NCBI GenBank assembly: GCA_964427855.1
Contig: CAYRVH010000001.1
Location: 21,649 to 85,648 of the forward strand
DNA length: 64,000 bases
DNA from: an uncultured Syntrophaceae bacterium
GTDB lineage: Bacteria; Desulfobacterota; Desulfomonilia; Desulfomonilales; Desulfomonilaceae
Reading direction: 5' to 3'
In this document: one piece after another, positions 8,995 to 17,296 of the stretch
Layout of the letters: each line of letters starts with the position of its first letter
Position numbering within the stretch: position 1 is the stretch's first letter
Position numbers and translations under genes: made by a program
Notes under the pieces: generated by a model
Seen by the model: only the letters and a program-made list of their open reading frames with translations
The model's database searches: none
What the model was told of the DNA's origin: nothing

Positions 8995-10200
8995 CTATGT
9001 CGTCTCTTCCTTCATGGCCTTGGCTATGTGTCTCCCCAGATCAACGCACAGTTTCAGACCGGCATGATCCGGGACAAACTGAAGGCTCACACCCGGGTGC
9101 ACGACTTTCACTTTCATTTCTTCAAGTGATTTCGTGAGGAGTTTCACAGACTCTCCGCTCCATCCGTATGATCCAAAGGCCGCCCCGATCTTTCCCAGGG
9201 GTCTCAGCCCTTTCATGTAACAGAGCAGATCAGCCATACGAGGGAGTATTCCATTATTAAGCGTTGGGGACCCTACTATGACCGCCTTGGCGTCCAAGAG
9301 CTCGGTGATCACGTCGCTGCGGTGATTCACTGCCAAATCCAGGAGCTTGATACTCACGCCGTGCTCCGCAAGCCCATCGGCTATGGCCTTGGCCATCATC
9401 TCGGTGCTGTGCCACATAGTGTCATAAATAATCAGCGCTTTTTGGCGAGAAACCTGCCTGCTCCACTGATCGTAGGCCTGGATAATTTGCAGAGGATTCT
9501 GACGCCATATGAGGCCATGGTCAGGCGCAATCATAGAGATGTTCAGGTCCATTTTTTGGACATCGGCAATCAATTTTTGGATCAAGGCTGAATACGGGAG
9601 TAAAATGTTTGCGTAATATTTCGCCGCATGGGCCATCAACTCAGACTGATCAACCTCATCGTTGAATCGCTCGCTCGTCGCCCAGTGCTGACCGAACGCA
9701 TCGCTGGAAATCAGGAGTCCGTCCTCTTTGATATACGAGAACATGCTGTCCGGCCAATGGAGCATTCGCGTCTCGATAAATTGTACGGAGCGTTGTCCGA
9801 GACTGATTTCCTGACCCGTCTCCACCACTTCATAAGGCCAGTCTTCCCGGTGATAATGATCGAGAAGGGCCTTTTTGCCCCTGGAACTGCAAAATATTTT
9901 TTCTGGCTGAATCAGGTCCACGATCTCAGACACAGCCCCAGAATGATCTGGTTCCACATGATTAACGACGAGATAATCGATTTTTTTGGGGTCAATGACT
10001 TTATGGAGGTTATGGATCAGGTCCATTTTGAAGGGTTTCTTGACCGTGTCAAAGAGGGTTACCTTCTCGTCCAGCACGAGGAAGGAGTTGTAGGTGGTGC
10101 CTTTGTATGTTGAATAGCCGTGAAAATCTCTGACCGTCCAATCCACCGCTCCAACCCAGTTAATGCCTTTTTTTATTTCAGTAATGGTCCGCAATGTCAT
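8995..10200 (-). CDS. roo: A-type flavodiiron protein (rubredoxin:oxygen oxidoreductase / FprA)
   Basis: Metallo-beta-lactamase-like diiron domain (VVNHVEPDHSG) plus C-terminal flavodoxin domain (KALIIYDTMWHSTEMMA...). GGAGG directly upstream of ATG 10200. Confidence 0.9.
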   Translation of the reverse strand: MTLRTITEIKKGINWVGAVDWTVRDFHGYSTYKGTTYNSFLVLDEKVTLFDTVKKPFKMDLIHNLHKVIDPKKIDYLVVNHVEPDHSGAVSEIVDLIQPEKIFCSSRGKKALLDHYHREDWPYEVVETGQEISLGQRSVQFIETRMLHWPDSMFSYIKEDGLLISSDAFGQHWATSERFNDEVDQSELMAHAAKYYANILLPYSALIQKLIADVQKMDLNISMIAPDHGLIWRQNPLQIIQAYDQWSRQVSRQKALIIYDTMWHSTEMMAKAIADGLAEHGVSIKLLDLAVNHRSDVITELLDAKAVIVGSPTLNNGILPRMADLLCYMKGLRPLGKIGAAFGSYGWSGESVKLLTKSLEEMKVKVVHPGVSLQFVPDHAGLKLCVDLGRHIAKAMKEETT

Positions 10201-10352
10201 CCTCCAGCACAAGTGTGACCTTTGACATCCAGTACATTCTCATCGAACAAGCGACTCCCGTTGCCTCGGGTGGCGCTCTCCAGGAAAAGAATCGTCATTT
10301 CCTCGAGAGCGCGTACGCCGAATTCCTCGATTAAGACAAGGACGGGATGCAC
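10197..10352 (-). CDS. Possible 51-aa small protein between rubredoxin and roo
   Basis: GTG 10352 (AAGAGG 9 nt upstream)...TGA overlapping the roo ATG as ATGA (10197-10200). Peptide (M)HPVLVLIEEFGVRALEEMTILFLESATRGNGSRLFDENVLDVKGHTCAGG. No family recognised. Confidence 0.25.
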   Translation of the reverse strand: MHPVLVLIEEFGVRALEEMTILFLESATRGNGSRLFDENVLDVKGHTCAGG

Positions 10353-10365
10353 GCCGTCTCGCCTC

Positions 10366-10524
10366 TTATTCAGGTGAAAAAGAATCTTTGTCAGCCCCAC
10401 ATACCGGGCAGACCCAATCCTCTGGCAAATCGGCAAAAGCCGTGCCCGGCTTCACGCCATTGTCCGGATCCCCAAGGGCCGGATCATAGACATAACCACA
10501 CACCTGACACACGTACTTCGTCAT
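10366..10524 (-). CDS. rub: Rubredoxin (canonical CxxC...CxxC)
   Basis: [60 protein letters not shown] before ATG 10524. Confidence 0.9.
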   Translation of the reverse strand: MTKYVCQVCGYVYDPALGDPDNGVKPGTAFADLPEDWVCPVCGADKDSFSPE

Positions 10525-10641
10525 AGGTCCTCCACGCCTTATGTATTCGCTACACCCTTGAGCGGGCGCAGCACTGAGACACATTCAGTTGCTCAATACG
10601 ATTTTTGGGGTTGCTCCTCGGTCGGGATACAACGACCCATG

Positions 10642-11082
10642 CTATTTACCGGTTATTTTTTTTCCTATTTCTCGGCCGTAATCTTGGGCCATCTGCAAAC
10701 CGCCCTGCAAAGCAGCCGTCTTGAGCCTCAATGGGCTGCCCACCATATCCATCTTGAAGATGTTCTGCATGGTATCATAAATGCGGTCCACCGCCTCGCC
10801 GCTCCAACCGAAAGCCCCGAATGAGCCGCCGACCTTCCCTTCAAGATTCGCTTTAGCCGCCAAAAACAACATGGTCTTCATTGTCTGTATCATGTCGCCA
10901 TGATACGTGGCGGATCCGAAGACATAGGCATCATAGCCTTCGAGGTCGGCTTGCGAAGTGATTGCCGTGGCCTTGACGACTTTTGCTTCCGCGCCCGTGA
11001 ATCGTATCCCTTCTGCAATGAGCTCTGCAATATTTTCGGTTTGGCCTGATCTTGAAGCGTGTACCACCAGCGCTTTCGCCAT
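10642..11082 (-). CDS. Flavodoxin-domain protein
   Basis: MAKALVVHASRSGQTENIAELIAEG...GGSFGAFGWSGEA. AGGAGG RBS before ATG 11082. Confidence 0.8.
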   Translation of the reverse strand: MAKALVVHASRSGQTENIAELIAEGIRFTGAEAKVVKATAITSQADLEGYDAYVFGSATYHGDMIQTMKTMLFLAAKANLEGKVGGSFGAFGWSGEAVDRIYDTMQNIFKMDMVGSPLRLKTAALQGGLQMAQDYGREIGKKITGK

Positions 11083-11225
11083 GTTGCCTCCTTGATCTTT
11101 CATTTACATGGTTATGGGGTGGAAGCGATTGCCCTGACAGACTCTTGGGTCGTTTGACCCGCTCCCGGCCCTTTTTAATAGGGGCTCACCGCCCCAGGAC
11201 TGTGTTCCTCACAAATTGGATCATG

Positions 11226-11810
11226 TCATGGCCCGTCACGAACAATCCGTGAACCAAGCTCCCGGGCCTCCTGAAGGTACTCCAGGCGCTGTGACACCTC
11301 GCCTTTTCCCTCCACCGACCTGATCTGGATGCCTCCCTTGTACGCTTTGCCGACGGCGTCGTAAAAATACCGGGCGACGAGCTGCACGCCGTCAAACAAG
11401 TTTTTCCCCTTTGTGGCTCCGACGCAGATCAAATAACCACCACCTTTGTAATCCCCCGCGCCCGGAATCCCTGATTCCTTCTGCAACCTGCGCCGACAAT
11501 ACAGGGCTTGGCAGCGATCAATGAGGGCTTTTGCTTGGGCAGGGATGCTGTAAAAAAAGATGGGCGACGCCAGTATAATGACCTCCGAGTCCAATAGCTT
11601 TGGATAGACAAGACTCATGTCGTCTTCCACCACACAGACTCCGGTTTCGTCGCATCCGCCGCATTCGATGCATCCCTGAATGTTGAGGTCGCAAACCCTC
11701 AACGTAGATACGGTCGCTCCGGCCTTCTCGGCGGCGTCCAGGGCTTCTTGCAACAGAATGTCTGAGTTACCGCCCTTGCGAGGGCTTCCAAAGATTCCTA
11801 AGATATTCAT
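11226..11810 (-). CDS. Iron-sulfur flavoprotein (Isf-like NADPH-dependent FMN reductase family)
   Basis: MNILGIFGSPRKGGNS flavodoxin-like start and compact Cys motif CIECGGCDETGVC (Cx2Cx2Cx5C), as in Isf proteins. Confidence 0.75.
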   Translation of the reverse strand: MNILGIFGSPRKGGNSDILLQEALDAAEKAGATVSTLRVCDLNIQGCIECGGCDETGVCVVEDDMSLVYPKLLDSEVIILASPIFFYSIPAQAKALIDRCQALYCRRRLQKESGIPGAGDYKGGGYLICVGATKGKNLFDGVQLVARYFYDAVGKAYKGGIQIRSVEGKGEVSQRLEYLQEARELGSRIVRDGP

Positions 11811-11852
11811 GTCATTTCCCGATAGCTTGGCAATTTCCGTCTGGCGCAACCG

Positions 11853-12200
11853 TTAGAAGGTTATGACCAGGTATCCTTCGTCTATATATTTCGCCAGACT
11901 GGGATGCCCTGACATGTCGTCGCCAAGCGGCAACCGCTCGGCCGCTACCTTATCCAATACGTTCATCTTGGCAGAGCATGCCTTGCAGACGGCGCTGATC
12001 AAACCGGCCTCCCTCACTTTTTTGAAGAGGCTCGCAAGCGGACTCGCTCCGGAGGCAAGGTCAGGCACCAGCGCAGTCGCCGCACCTTCAATGACCAGCT
12101 TCACGTCGTAGCCGCGACTTGTCATATCCAGGGCGTTCAAAAGCACATGCACAAAACAAACAGGATCCCCGTTGAAAGCGACGAGCACAGTTTTTTTCAT
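11853..12200 (-). CDS. Small DsrE/DsrF-like-fold protein (tentative)
   Basis: 115 aa MKKTVLVAFNGDPVCFVHVLLNALDM...CKACSAKM...GYLVITF. GGAG RBS. Family assignment is from memory and tentative. Confidence 0.55.
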   Translation of the reverse strand: MKKTVLVAFNGDPVCFVHVLLNALDMTSRGYDVKLVIEGAATALVPDLASGASPLASLFKKVREAGLISAVCKACSAKMNVLDKVAAERLPLGDDMSGHPSLAKYIDEGYLVITF

Positions 12201-12235
12201 CGCTGATTCTCCATCGTCATCGCGCAACTATGACT

Positions 12236-12406
12236 TCATCCCAACCGAGGATCTTGGCCCGTCATTCCGCATTCCGGGATGTAGCAGGTGACGTTGACAA
12301 ATTGGCACTTCTCCTTGCACTGGGCGCACGTTTCCGGCGGGGCATCTGATGCGGGCGCCTCAAAAGTATATCCGCATTTGGGACATTTCCATGTAATGTT
12401 TTCCAT
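12236..12406 (-). CDS. Unlisted 56-aa Cys-rich rubredoxin-like/zinc-ribbon protein
   Basis: Own translation: [56 protein letters not shown]. Two CxxC knuckles plus 3 more Cys. AAGGAG RBS 7-8 nt upstream. Below the 60-aa cut-off of the ORF track. Confidence 0.6.
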   Translation of the reverse strand: MENITWKCPKCGYTFEAPASDAPPETCAQCKEKCQFVNVTCYIPECGMTGQDPRLG

Positions 12407-12445
12407 CTTCCATCACTCCTTTTCTGCTTCATTCACAAATTTTTC

Positions 12446-13987
12446 TCAATGAGCTCTGTTGGACTTCTGCAACCGCAGGCAGCCAATCTTGTCCAGGATA
12501 TCTCTTATGTTTTTGGACATGAACCATCGACCGTTCGCAAAAACACCGTAATCCGCTCCCATCATCGCCGAAGCGAAACGGGTCGAGTTTGCATAAAAAA
12601 GCCACTGTTCAACCCATAGCCGTTCGACAGCCTCGTCAAAAGGATTGGATGGATCGAGGAGCTTCTCTTTCCAGGCGGTTTCAAGGAGTTTTGTGGCGGC
12701 GAGGGTCATCTTGTCCGTGGTGGAGAGCGAAGCTTCAAACCTGACCCAGTGGCCGTCAACCCAGTTCTGCGCGTGACAGCCTTTACACACTTTCTGGAGC
12801 GACGCCTTTCTGGCTTCCATTTCTTCCGTTGAAATGAGAAATTCCCCTGCAAGGCTGCCGTCCAAACTCGTAGGCAGGGGCTGTCCGTCCTTATTCCTTA
12901 TAATTGAGGTGTCTGGCGACTTAGGGTGAGGATGGGAATAAATGAGTCCAAATATGCGCCACGGGAGTCGGTCGTTCATTTGATGGGTTCTTGTGGCTAT
13001 GACTTCTCCATCTGCACTGGTTAAGAGACTGGCATGACACGTCGCGCACGTCGGCCCAGAGATATCCCTGCCCAAAACCCACGGCACGCTATCCATCTTC
13101 CAATCCTTACACATCGATGCGTGAAGGTTACCGTGCTTTGACACCGAATACGCTTGATACGCCGGAACATCCGGTCCTTTGTGGCATTGCGAGCAGGTGT
13201 AGGGTTTGCGAGCCATGCTTATGGAGAATTCGTGCGTCGTGTGGCACGAGGCGCAGGAGCCCTTACTGCCATCGGGATTTAGCCTCCCAACTCCCTGGTT
13301 TGGCCAGCCTTTGATAGTGACGAATTCCATATCGCCAAAACTAGTATCTCGAGTGTTTTTCCCCAGCACTTCCAGCGCAGTTCCGTGGCAGGAATAGCAG
13401 GAATCCGACATGGTCAAGTCGTCAGGGGGAGCGATAGCGATCTTGTCATCTTTTGCCACAGATTGGACTCCATTGACCGACGTCATCATGGTTCCATAAA
13501 GCTGATTTTTCGCGAGATTCCCGTGAGCGTGGGACATGATGTTCTTTTCGTATTGAACCGCCTCCTGGGGGTGGCATGCCCGACAATCGTGGGGCGTCAC
13601 AGTAAGGTGGACTTTTTCGTCATTATGGTCAAACACGTCTTGGTGGGCCTCGGCATTCATGCGATGGCATTCGGCGCACCCCACCACTGACGAGGCAAGC
13701 GCGTCGGGTACTCGCTCGGCGGACACCCTTCTTTCCAAGACTTTTTTCTTCAAGGCTTCCCCAGGGGTTATCGAGGAATGCCTACTCCTTTTCCAATTCT
13801 CCACTATGGCCGGCGTTGCCACGGAATGACAATCGATGCATTGTTGACTCGCCTCGCTGATTTTGTCTGCTGCCAGCGCCAAATCACCATTCAAACAGAG
13901 CATGCCTATTCCAGCGGTGTACAACAACACGGCTATCTTACAATTAATCCAGGTTCGCGGCTGTCTGCGGTGTTGCGGCGCGGTCAT
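12446..13987 (-). CDS. Exported octahaem c-type cytochrome (hydroxylamine-oxidoreductase-like family)
   Basis: Eight CxxCH motifs (CIDCH, CAECH, CRACH, CYSCH, CASCH, CSQCH, CATCH, CKGCH) and an N-terminal hydrophobic signal/anchor. The start overlaps the upstream stop (ATGA 13984-13987). Confidence 0.85.
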   Translation of the reverse strand: MTAPQHRRQPRTWINCKIAVLLYTAGIGMLCLNGDLALAADKISEASQQCIDCHSVATPAIVENWKRSRHSSITPGEALKKKVLERRVSAERVPDALASSVVGCAECHRMNAEAHQDVFDHNDEKVHLTVTPHDCRACHPQEAVQYEKNIMSHAHGNLAKNQLYGTMMTSVNGVQSVAKDDKIAIAPPDDLTMSDSCYSCHGTALEVLGKNTRDTSFGDMEFVTIKGWPNQGVGRLNPDGSKGSCASCHTTHEFSISMARKPYTCSQCHKGPDVPAYQAYSVSKHGNLHASMCKDWKMDSVPWVLGRDISGPTCATCHASLLTSADGEVIATRTHQMNDRLPWRIFGLIYSHPHPKSPDTSIIRNKDGQPLPTSLDGSLAGEFLISTEEMEARKASLQKVCKGCHAQNWVDGHWVRFEASLSTTDKMTLAATKLLETAWKEKLLDPSNPFDEAVERLWVEQWLFYANSTRFASAMMGADYGVFANGRWFMSKNIRDILDKIGCLRLQKSNRAH

Positions 13988-14580
13988 TTTTCAATGTTCT
14001 CCAATTCGCGGATCAGCGTTTCTAGACGGGGCATGTCGTTGATGTCGTGCACGTCTATATAGCGAAGTTTCCCTTGCTTATCGACGACGAAAAGGGCTCT
14101 TTCCGAAGTACCATTGCTGCGGAGCACGCCGTACTTTTCAGCCACCGCGCCGTGAGGCCAAAAATCCGACAACACCGGGAACCATAATTCCCCCATTTGA
14201 TTGGTCCACGCATACAGGGTAGGGATGTTGTCAACGCTGATTCCTAAGACGATGGCGTCATAACGGTCAAATAAGTCTTTGGCAATGTTATAGCCGGGCC
14301 ACTGCTGAGAACAGACCGGCGTCCAAGCTGCCGGCACAAATGACAAGACCACATTCTTCTTGCCCCGGAATTGACCCAGAGAAACCAGGCCGCCGTGAAT
14401 ACCTGGCAGCGAAAAATCAGGCGCCAGGTCGCCGGGTTTCAGAGATGTGGCGCTGTCAATAGGTTTCAGTTGTCCAGGATTAAACACAGTGCGTACTTCT
14501 GAGACCGCTGTTTGAACAGCTACAAGCACGAGCATTGTCGCTATGGCGAGGAACATGATAAATTTACTCGTATGAATCAT
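13984..14580 (-). CDS. Exported peroxiredoxin (AhpC/TSA-redoxin family)
   Basis: Signal peptide MIHTSKFIMFLAIATMLVLVAVQTAVSE and universal Prx motif PxxxTxxC (PAAWTPVC). Confidence 0.8.
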   Translation of the reverse strand: MIHTSKFIMFLAIATMLVLVAVQTAVSEVRTVFNPGQLKPIDSATSLKPGDLAPDFSLPGIHGGLVSLGQFRGKKNVVLSFVPAAWTPVCSQQWPGYNIAKDLFDRYDAIVLGISVDNIPTLYAWTNQMGELWFPVLSDFWPHGAVAEKYGVLRSNGTSERALFVVDKQGKLRYIDVHDINDMPRLETLIRELENIEK

Positions 14581-14585
14581 AGGCG

Positions 14586-15164
14586 CTACTTCCCCTTGAC
14601 GGCTTTCACCACTGCATCGACATAAAGCTGAGGTTCTTTCATTTGCCCTACATGCTTGAATAACACCGACAGACGCCCTTGTTCGTCAACTCGAACCAAT
14701 ATAAAAGTAGGAGTTCTAATTTCCTCGGAATAGGCTTTTCGAAACGTCATCTTGTCGTCTGGGACAAGTGGAAATGGTACCTGGTATTTTTTGCGGTACA
14801 CGTCAACCTCGAAGGGCGTGTTGCCTGCTCCTATGCCGAGCATTCGCACGGTGGAGGCGAGTTCTGGTTTTTCGTTCAAGAGCGAGAAGACGCTGTTTAC
14901 AACCGGGGCCTCCGCCTGACAGATGGGGCAGTACATGCTAAATAATTCCAGCAAGATAAACTTACCTTTGAGGTCGACGAGTCGAAACAGCGGCTTGTTG
15001 TTCAGTCCGAGATAGAAGCGATCCTGTGGACTATCTGGAGCTTGAAATTCCAAGGAGCTTAATATCGCTGTATTTACTCCAGATTCCGACGCATACCCCA
15101 TGGATGAGCCCATAACGACGGACATCAGGGTCGCGACAAGTGTCAAGTTTAGACTGTACTTCAT
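14586..15164 (-). CDS. Exported TlpA/ResA-like thiol:disulfide oxidoreductase
   Basis: Signal peptide MKYSLNLTLVATLMSVVMGSSMGYASE and CxxC active site (FSMYCPICQAE). AGGTGG RBS before ATG 15164. The track ORF starts at GTG 15173. Confidence 0.75.
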   Translation of the reverse strand: MKYSLNLTLVATLMSVVMGSSMGYASESGVNTAILSSLEFQAPDSPQDRFYLGLNNKPLFRLVDLKGKFILLELFSMYCPICQAEAPVVNSVFSLLNEKPELASTVRMLGIGAGNTPFEVDVYRKKYQVPFPLVPDDKMTFRKAYSEEIRTPTFILVRVDEQGRLSVLFKHVGQMKEPQLYVDAVVKAVKGK

Positions 15165-15280
15165 CTGAACCACCTATCCCATAGGGAGAAGCGCGCTGGC
15201 GTTGTCAAATGCTCACCATTAAGTCTGTCGGTGACCGCATCGTCAGACGGCCACTTGGCGGCCATCCCCCGACGTGTTGA

Positions 15281-15475
15281 TCAGGCCTGACCAGGAATCG
15301 CAACTGGTTTGAAAAACCGCTTGCCAGCCCCACAGATAGGGCATTTCCAGTCGTCGGGCAGATCTTCGAACGCTGTACGCTTAGCAATCTTGCCTTTTCT
15401 ATCCCCCCGTAAGGGGTCATAGATGTATCCACAGTTAACGGTCTGACATTGATACATGGTCGCGCTGATCGTCAT
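15281..15475 (-). CDS. Type-2 rubredoxin with Cx4C first knuckle
   Basis: ...[19 protein letters not shown]...[12 protein letters not shown]. The first metal knuckle is C-QTVN-C rather than CxxC. GAAAGGGA lies upstream of ATG 15475. Confidence 0.85.
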   Translation of the reverse strand: MTISATMYQCQTVNCGYIYDPLRGDRKGKIAKRTAFEDLPDDWKCPICGAGKRFFKPVAIPGQA

Positions 15476-15600
15476 GATTTCCCTTTCATGTCAAGTGAAT
15501 CCCTTCACGGCGCGGCGACGATTCTGCTGGGAGGACATGCGTCCTCCCTCTCGCCACCTTGCGTCCAACGTTCTGTTGAGACGTCTTCAGCGTAAAGAGA

Positions 15601-15972
15601 TCAGGCCTTCCATAGGCCGTGCAAATTGCAATATTCCCTTGCGGTAAACTCACCCTCAACAGGAAAAAAGGCCTCTGGAGCCTGTCCAGGCTCCAAAAAC
15701 TGTCTGTAAGCTTTTCCTCCCTGTATGATCTCGATCCATTCGATGTAGTGCTTCTCCTCCATGGGGTGAGCCACGCTCCCTACTTTCACCTTGAAGCCGC
15801 CGTCAGCCTTTTCTTTCACTGGAACGTGTTTCTCACGGGCTGCGTCAACGGTATTCTCAACGAACAGCTTCATGGGTTGACCACAACATACCAGCGCTCC
15901 CTTGCCTGCATGGAGCATCTCCACGATGTTACCGCAGACATCGCACTTATAGACTTGCAATTTCTCGGTCAT
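15601..15972 (-). CDS. dfx: Desulfoferrodoxin (2Fe superoxide reductase)
   Basis: [34 protein letters not shown] (desulforedoxin-like centre I) plus the neelaredoxin domain. AGGAGG RBS. Confidence 0.92.
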   Translation of the reverse strand: MTEKLQVYKCDVCGNIVEMLHAGKGALVCCGQPMKLFVENTVDAAREKHVPVKEKADGGFKVKVGSVAHPMEEKHYIEWIEIIQGGKAYRQFLEPGQAPEAFFPVEGEFTAREYCNLHGLWKA

Positions 15973-16109
15973 ATTTGTCTCCTCCTTTGAATGTCCTTCT
16001 CTTTGTACAACGAATTATGCAAGTATTGTGAGCGAAAAACATTACGAGCGTTTCCTCGCCGTAGGTCTTTGTTCGACGGCCTTATTATCCCCTCGCGGCG
16101 AGGACTATG

Positions 16110-16685
16110 TTACCAGTTCTCCGCAAGAATTTCGAAATATCCTTTCGGATGCGCGCACGATGGACAGGATTCCGGCGCCTCCAAACCCTCATGCAGGTAT
16201 CCGCAGTTGATACAGCGCCATACCACCGGACTGTCTTTGCGAAAGACTTTACCTGATTCCACGTTCTTCAGAAGTCCAAGATAGCGTTTTTCATGCTGCT
16301 TCTCAGCATTGCTTACCGCCTCCCAAATCTTCGCAGCCGTTTCAAACCCCTCTTGACGCGCTATCTTCGCAAATCCAGGATATAATTCGGTCCATTCATA
16401 ATGCTCACCGGCCGCCGCAGCCTTGAGATTTTCTGCTGTTCCTGCAATCACACCCGCCGGAAAGCCAGCCTCAATAATCAAGTCGCCGCCTTCGAGCTGC
16501 GAAAAGAATCTCTTCGCGTGCTCCTTTTCCTGGTTGGCAGTCTCTTCAAAGATGCCGGCTATCTGAATAAGCCCTTCCTTACGAGCCTTCGACGCGAAAT
16601 ACGTGTATCGATTACGCGCCTGCGACTCGCCTGCAAATGATTTTAGTAGATTTTTCTCAGTCTCTGATCCTTTTATGCTTGCCAT
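16110..16685 (-). CDS. rbr: Rubrerythrin
   Basis: [31 protein letters not shown]...EKEHAKRF...EKQHEKRY plus C-terminal rubredoxin knuckles (WRCINCGY...CPSCAHP). GGAGGG RBS before ATG 16685. Confidence 0.92.
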   Translation of the reverse strand: MASIKGSETEKNLLKSFAGESQARNRYTYFASKARKEGLIQIAGIFEETANQEKEHAKRFFSQLEGGDLIIEAGFPAGVIAGTAENLKAAAAGEHYEWTELYPGFAKIARQEGFETAAKIWEAVSNAEKQHEKRYLGLLKNVESGKVFRKDSPVVWRCINCGYLHEGLEAPESCPSCAHPKGYFEILAENW

Positions 16686-16696
16686 GATACCCTCCT

Positions 16697-17122
16697 TTAA
16701 TGATGGTCTATGGTGTTCTCCCTGACCGCCTCTCGGCGGCAACGAGGGCAGATTCCTACAAACTCGAGGCGATGCCATAAGATCTCGTAATCACTGGCGG
16801 ATGAAATAGCCTCATTGATGGCGCCAAGAGGCGCCACGTGAACGTCATCTACGCGTCCACACACCATACAACGCACGTGATAGTGGTTTTCTGTGATGCC
16901 ATCGAATCTCTTCTGCTTTCCGGCCATTTCGAGTTTCTGAATCAAGCCGGATTCGGAAAGGAGTTCCAGATTTCGATACACGGTCCCCAGGCTAATTTTA
17001 GGCAGTTTCTTCCGGACGCGCTCATAGACCTCGATGGCCGTGGGGTGCGTTCTGAGCGATCGCAACTCGTCAAGGATGACCTTGCGTTGTTTTGTGGTTC
17101 GCAGCGTTTTGAGATGTTCCAT
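16697..17122 (-). CDS. perR: Fur-family peroxide-responsive regulator (PerR-like)
   Basis: [20 protein letters not shown]...HPTAIEVYE...[11 protein letters not shown]...[12 protein letters not shown]...CPRC. Sits 11 nt upstream of rbr. Confidence 0.85.
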   Translation of the reverse strand: MEHLKTLRTTKQRKVILDELRSLRTHPTAIEVYERVRKKLPKISLGTVYRNLELLSESGLIQKLEMAGKQKRFDGITENHYHVRCMVCGRVDDVHVAPLGAINEAISSASDYEILWHRLEFVGICPRCRREAVRENTIDHH

Positions 17123-17153
17123 GTTTGTTTCTGTATTGGTAACTATTACTGAT

Positions 17154-17182
17154 AAGTTAACGCACCCTTGCGCGCCTGTCAA
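17154..17182 (-). promoter_or_regulatory. Candidate sigma70 promoter of perR-rbr (TTGACA-17-TAACTT) with adjacent AT-rich operator-like sequence
   Basis: rc of 17177-17182 is TTGACA. A 17-nt spacer follows, and rc of 17154-17159 is TAACTT. GTTAACTTATCAGTAATAGTTACC overlaps the -10/TSS. Confidence 0.4.
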
Positions 17183-17296
17183 GACTCCCGTGAGCGGCTC
17201 ATAAAAAAACAATGCGAGGAAGCCTTTTATCCAAATATTCTTAAGAGTTAATTACAAATTCAAAGACGCTGCCGTCGTATTGAGCATGGAGAGACA

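Noticed and set aside
11853-15173. Selenocysteine (in-frame TGA) versions of the DsrE-like, peroxiredoxin or thioredoxin-like genes. Such selenoproteins are known in related anaerobes.
   Set aside because: All active-site positions are encoded by TGC/TGT Cys codons and the ORFs are complete without TGA read-through. No SECIS-like need is apparent.
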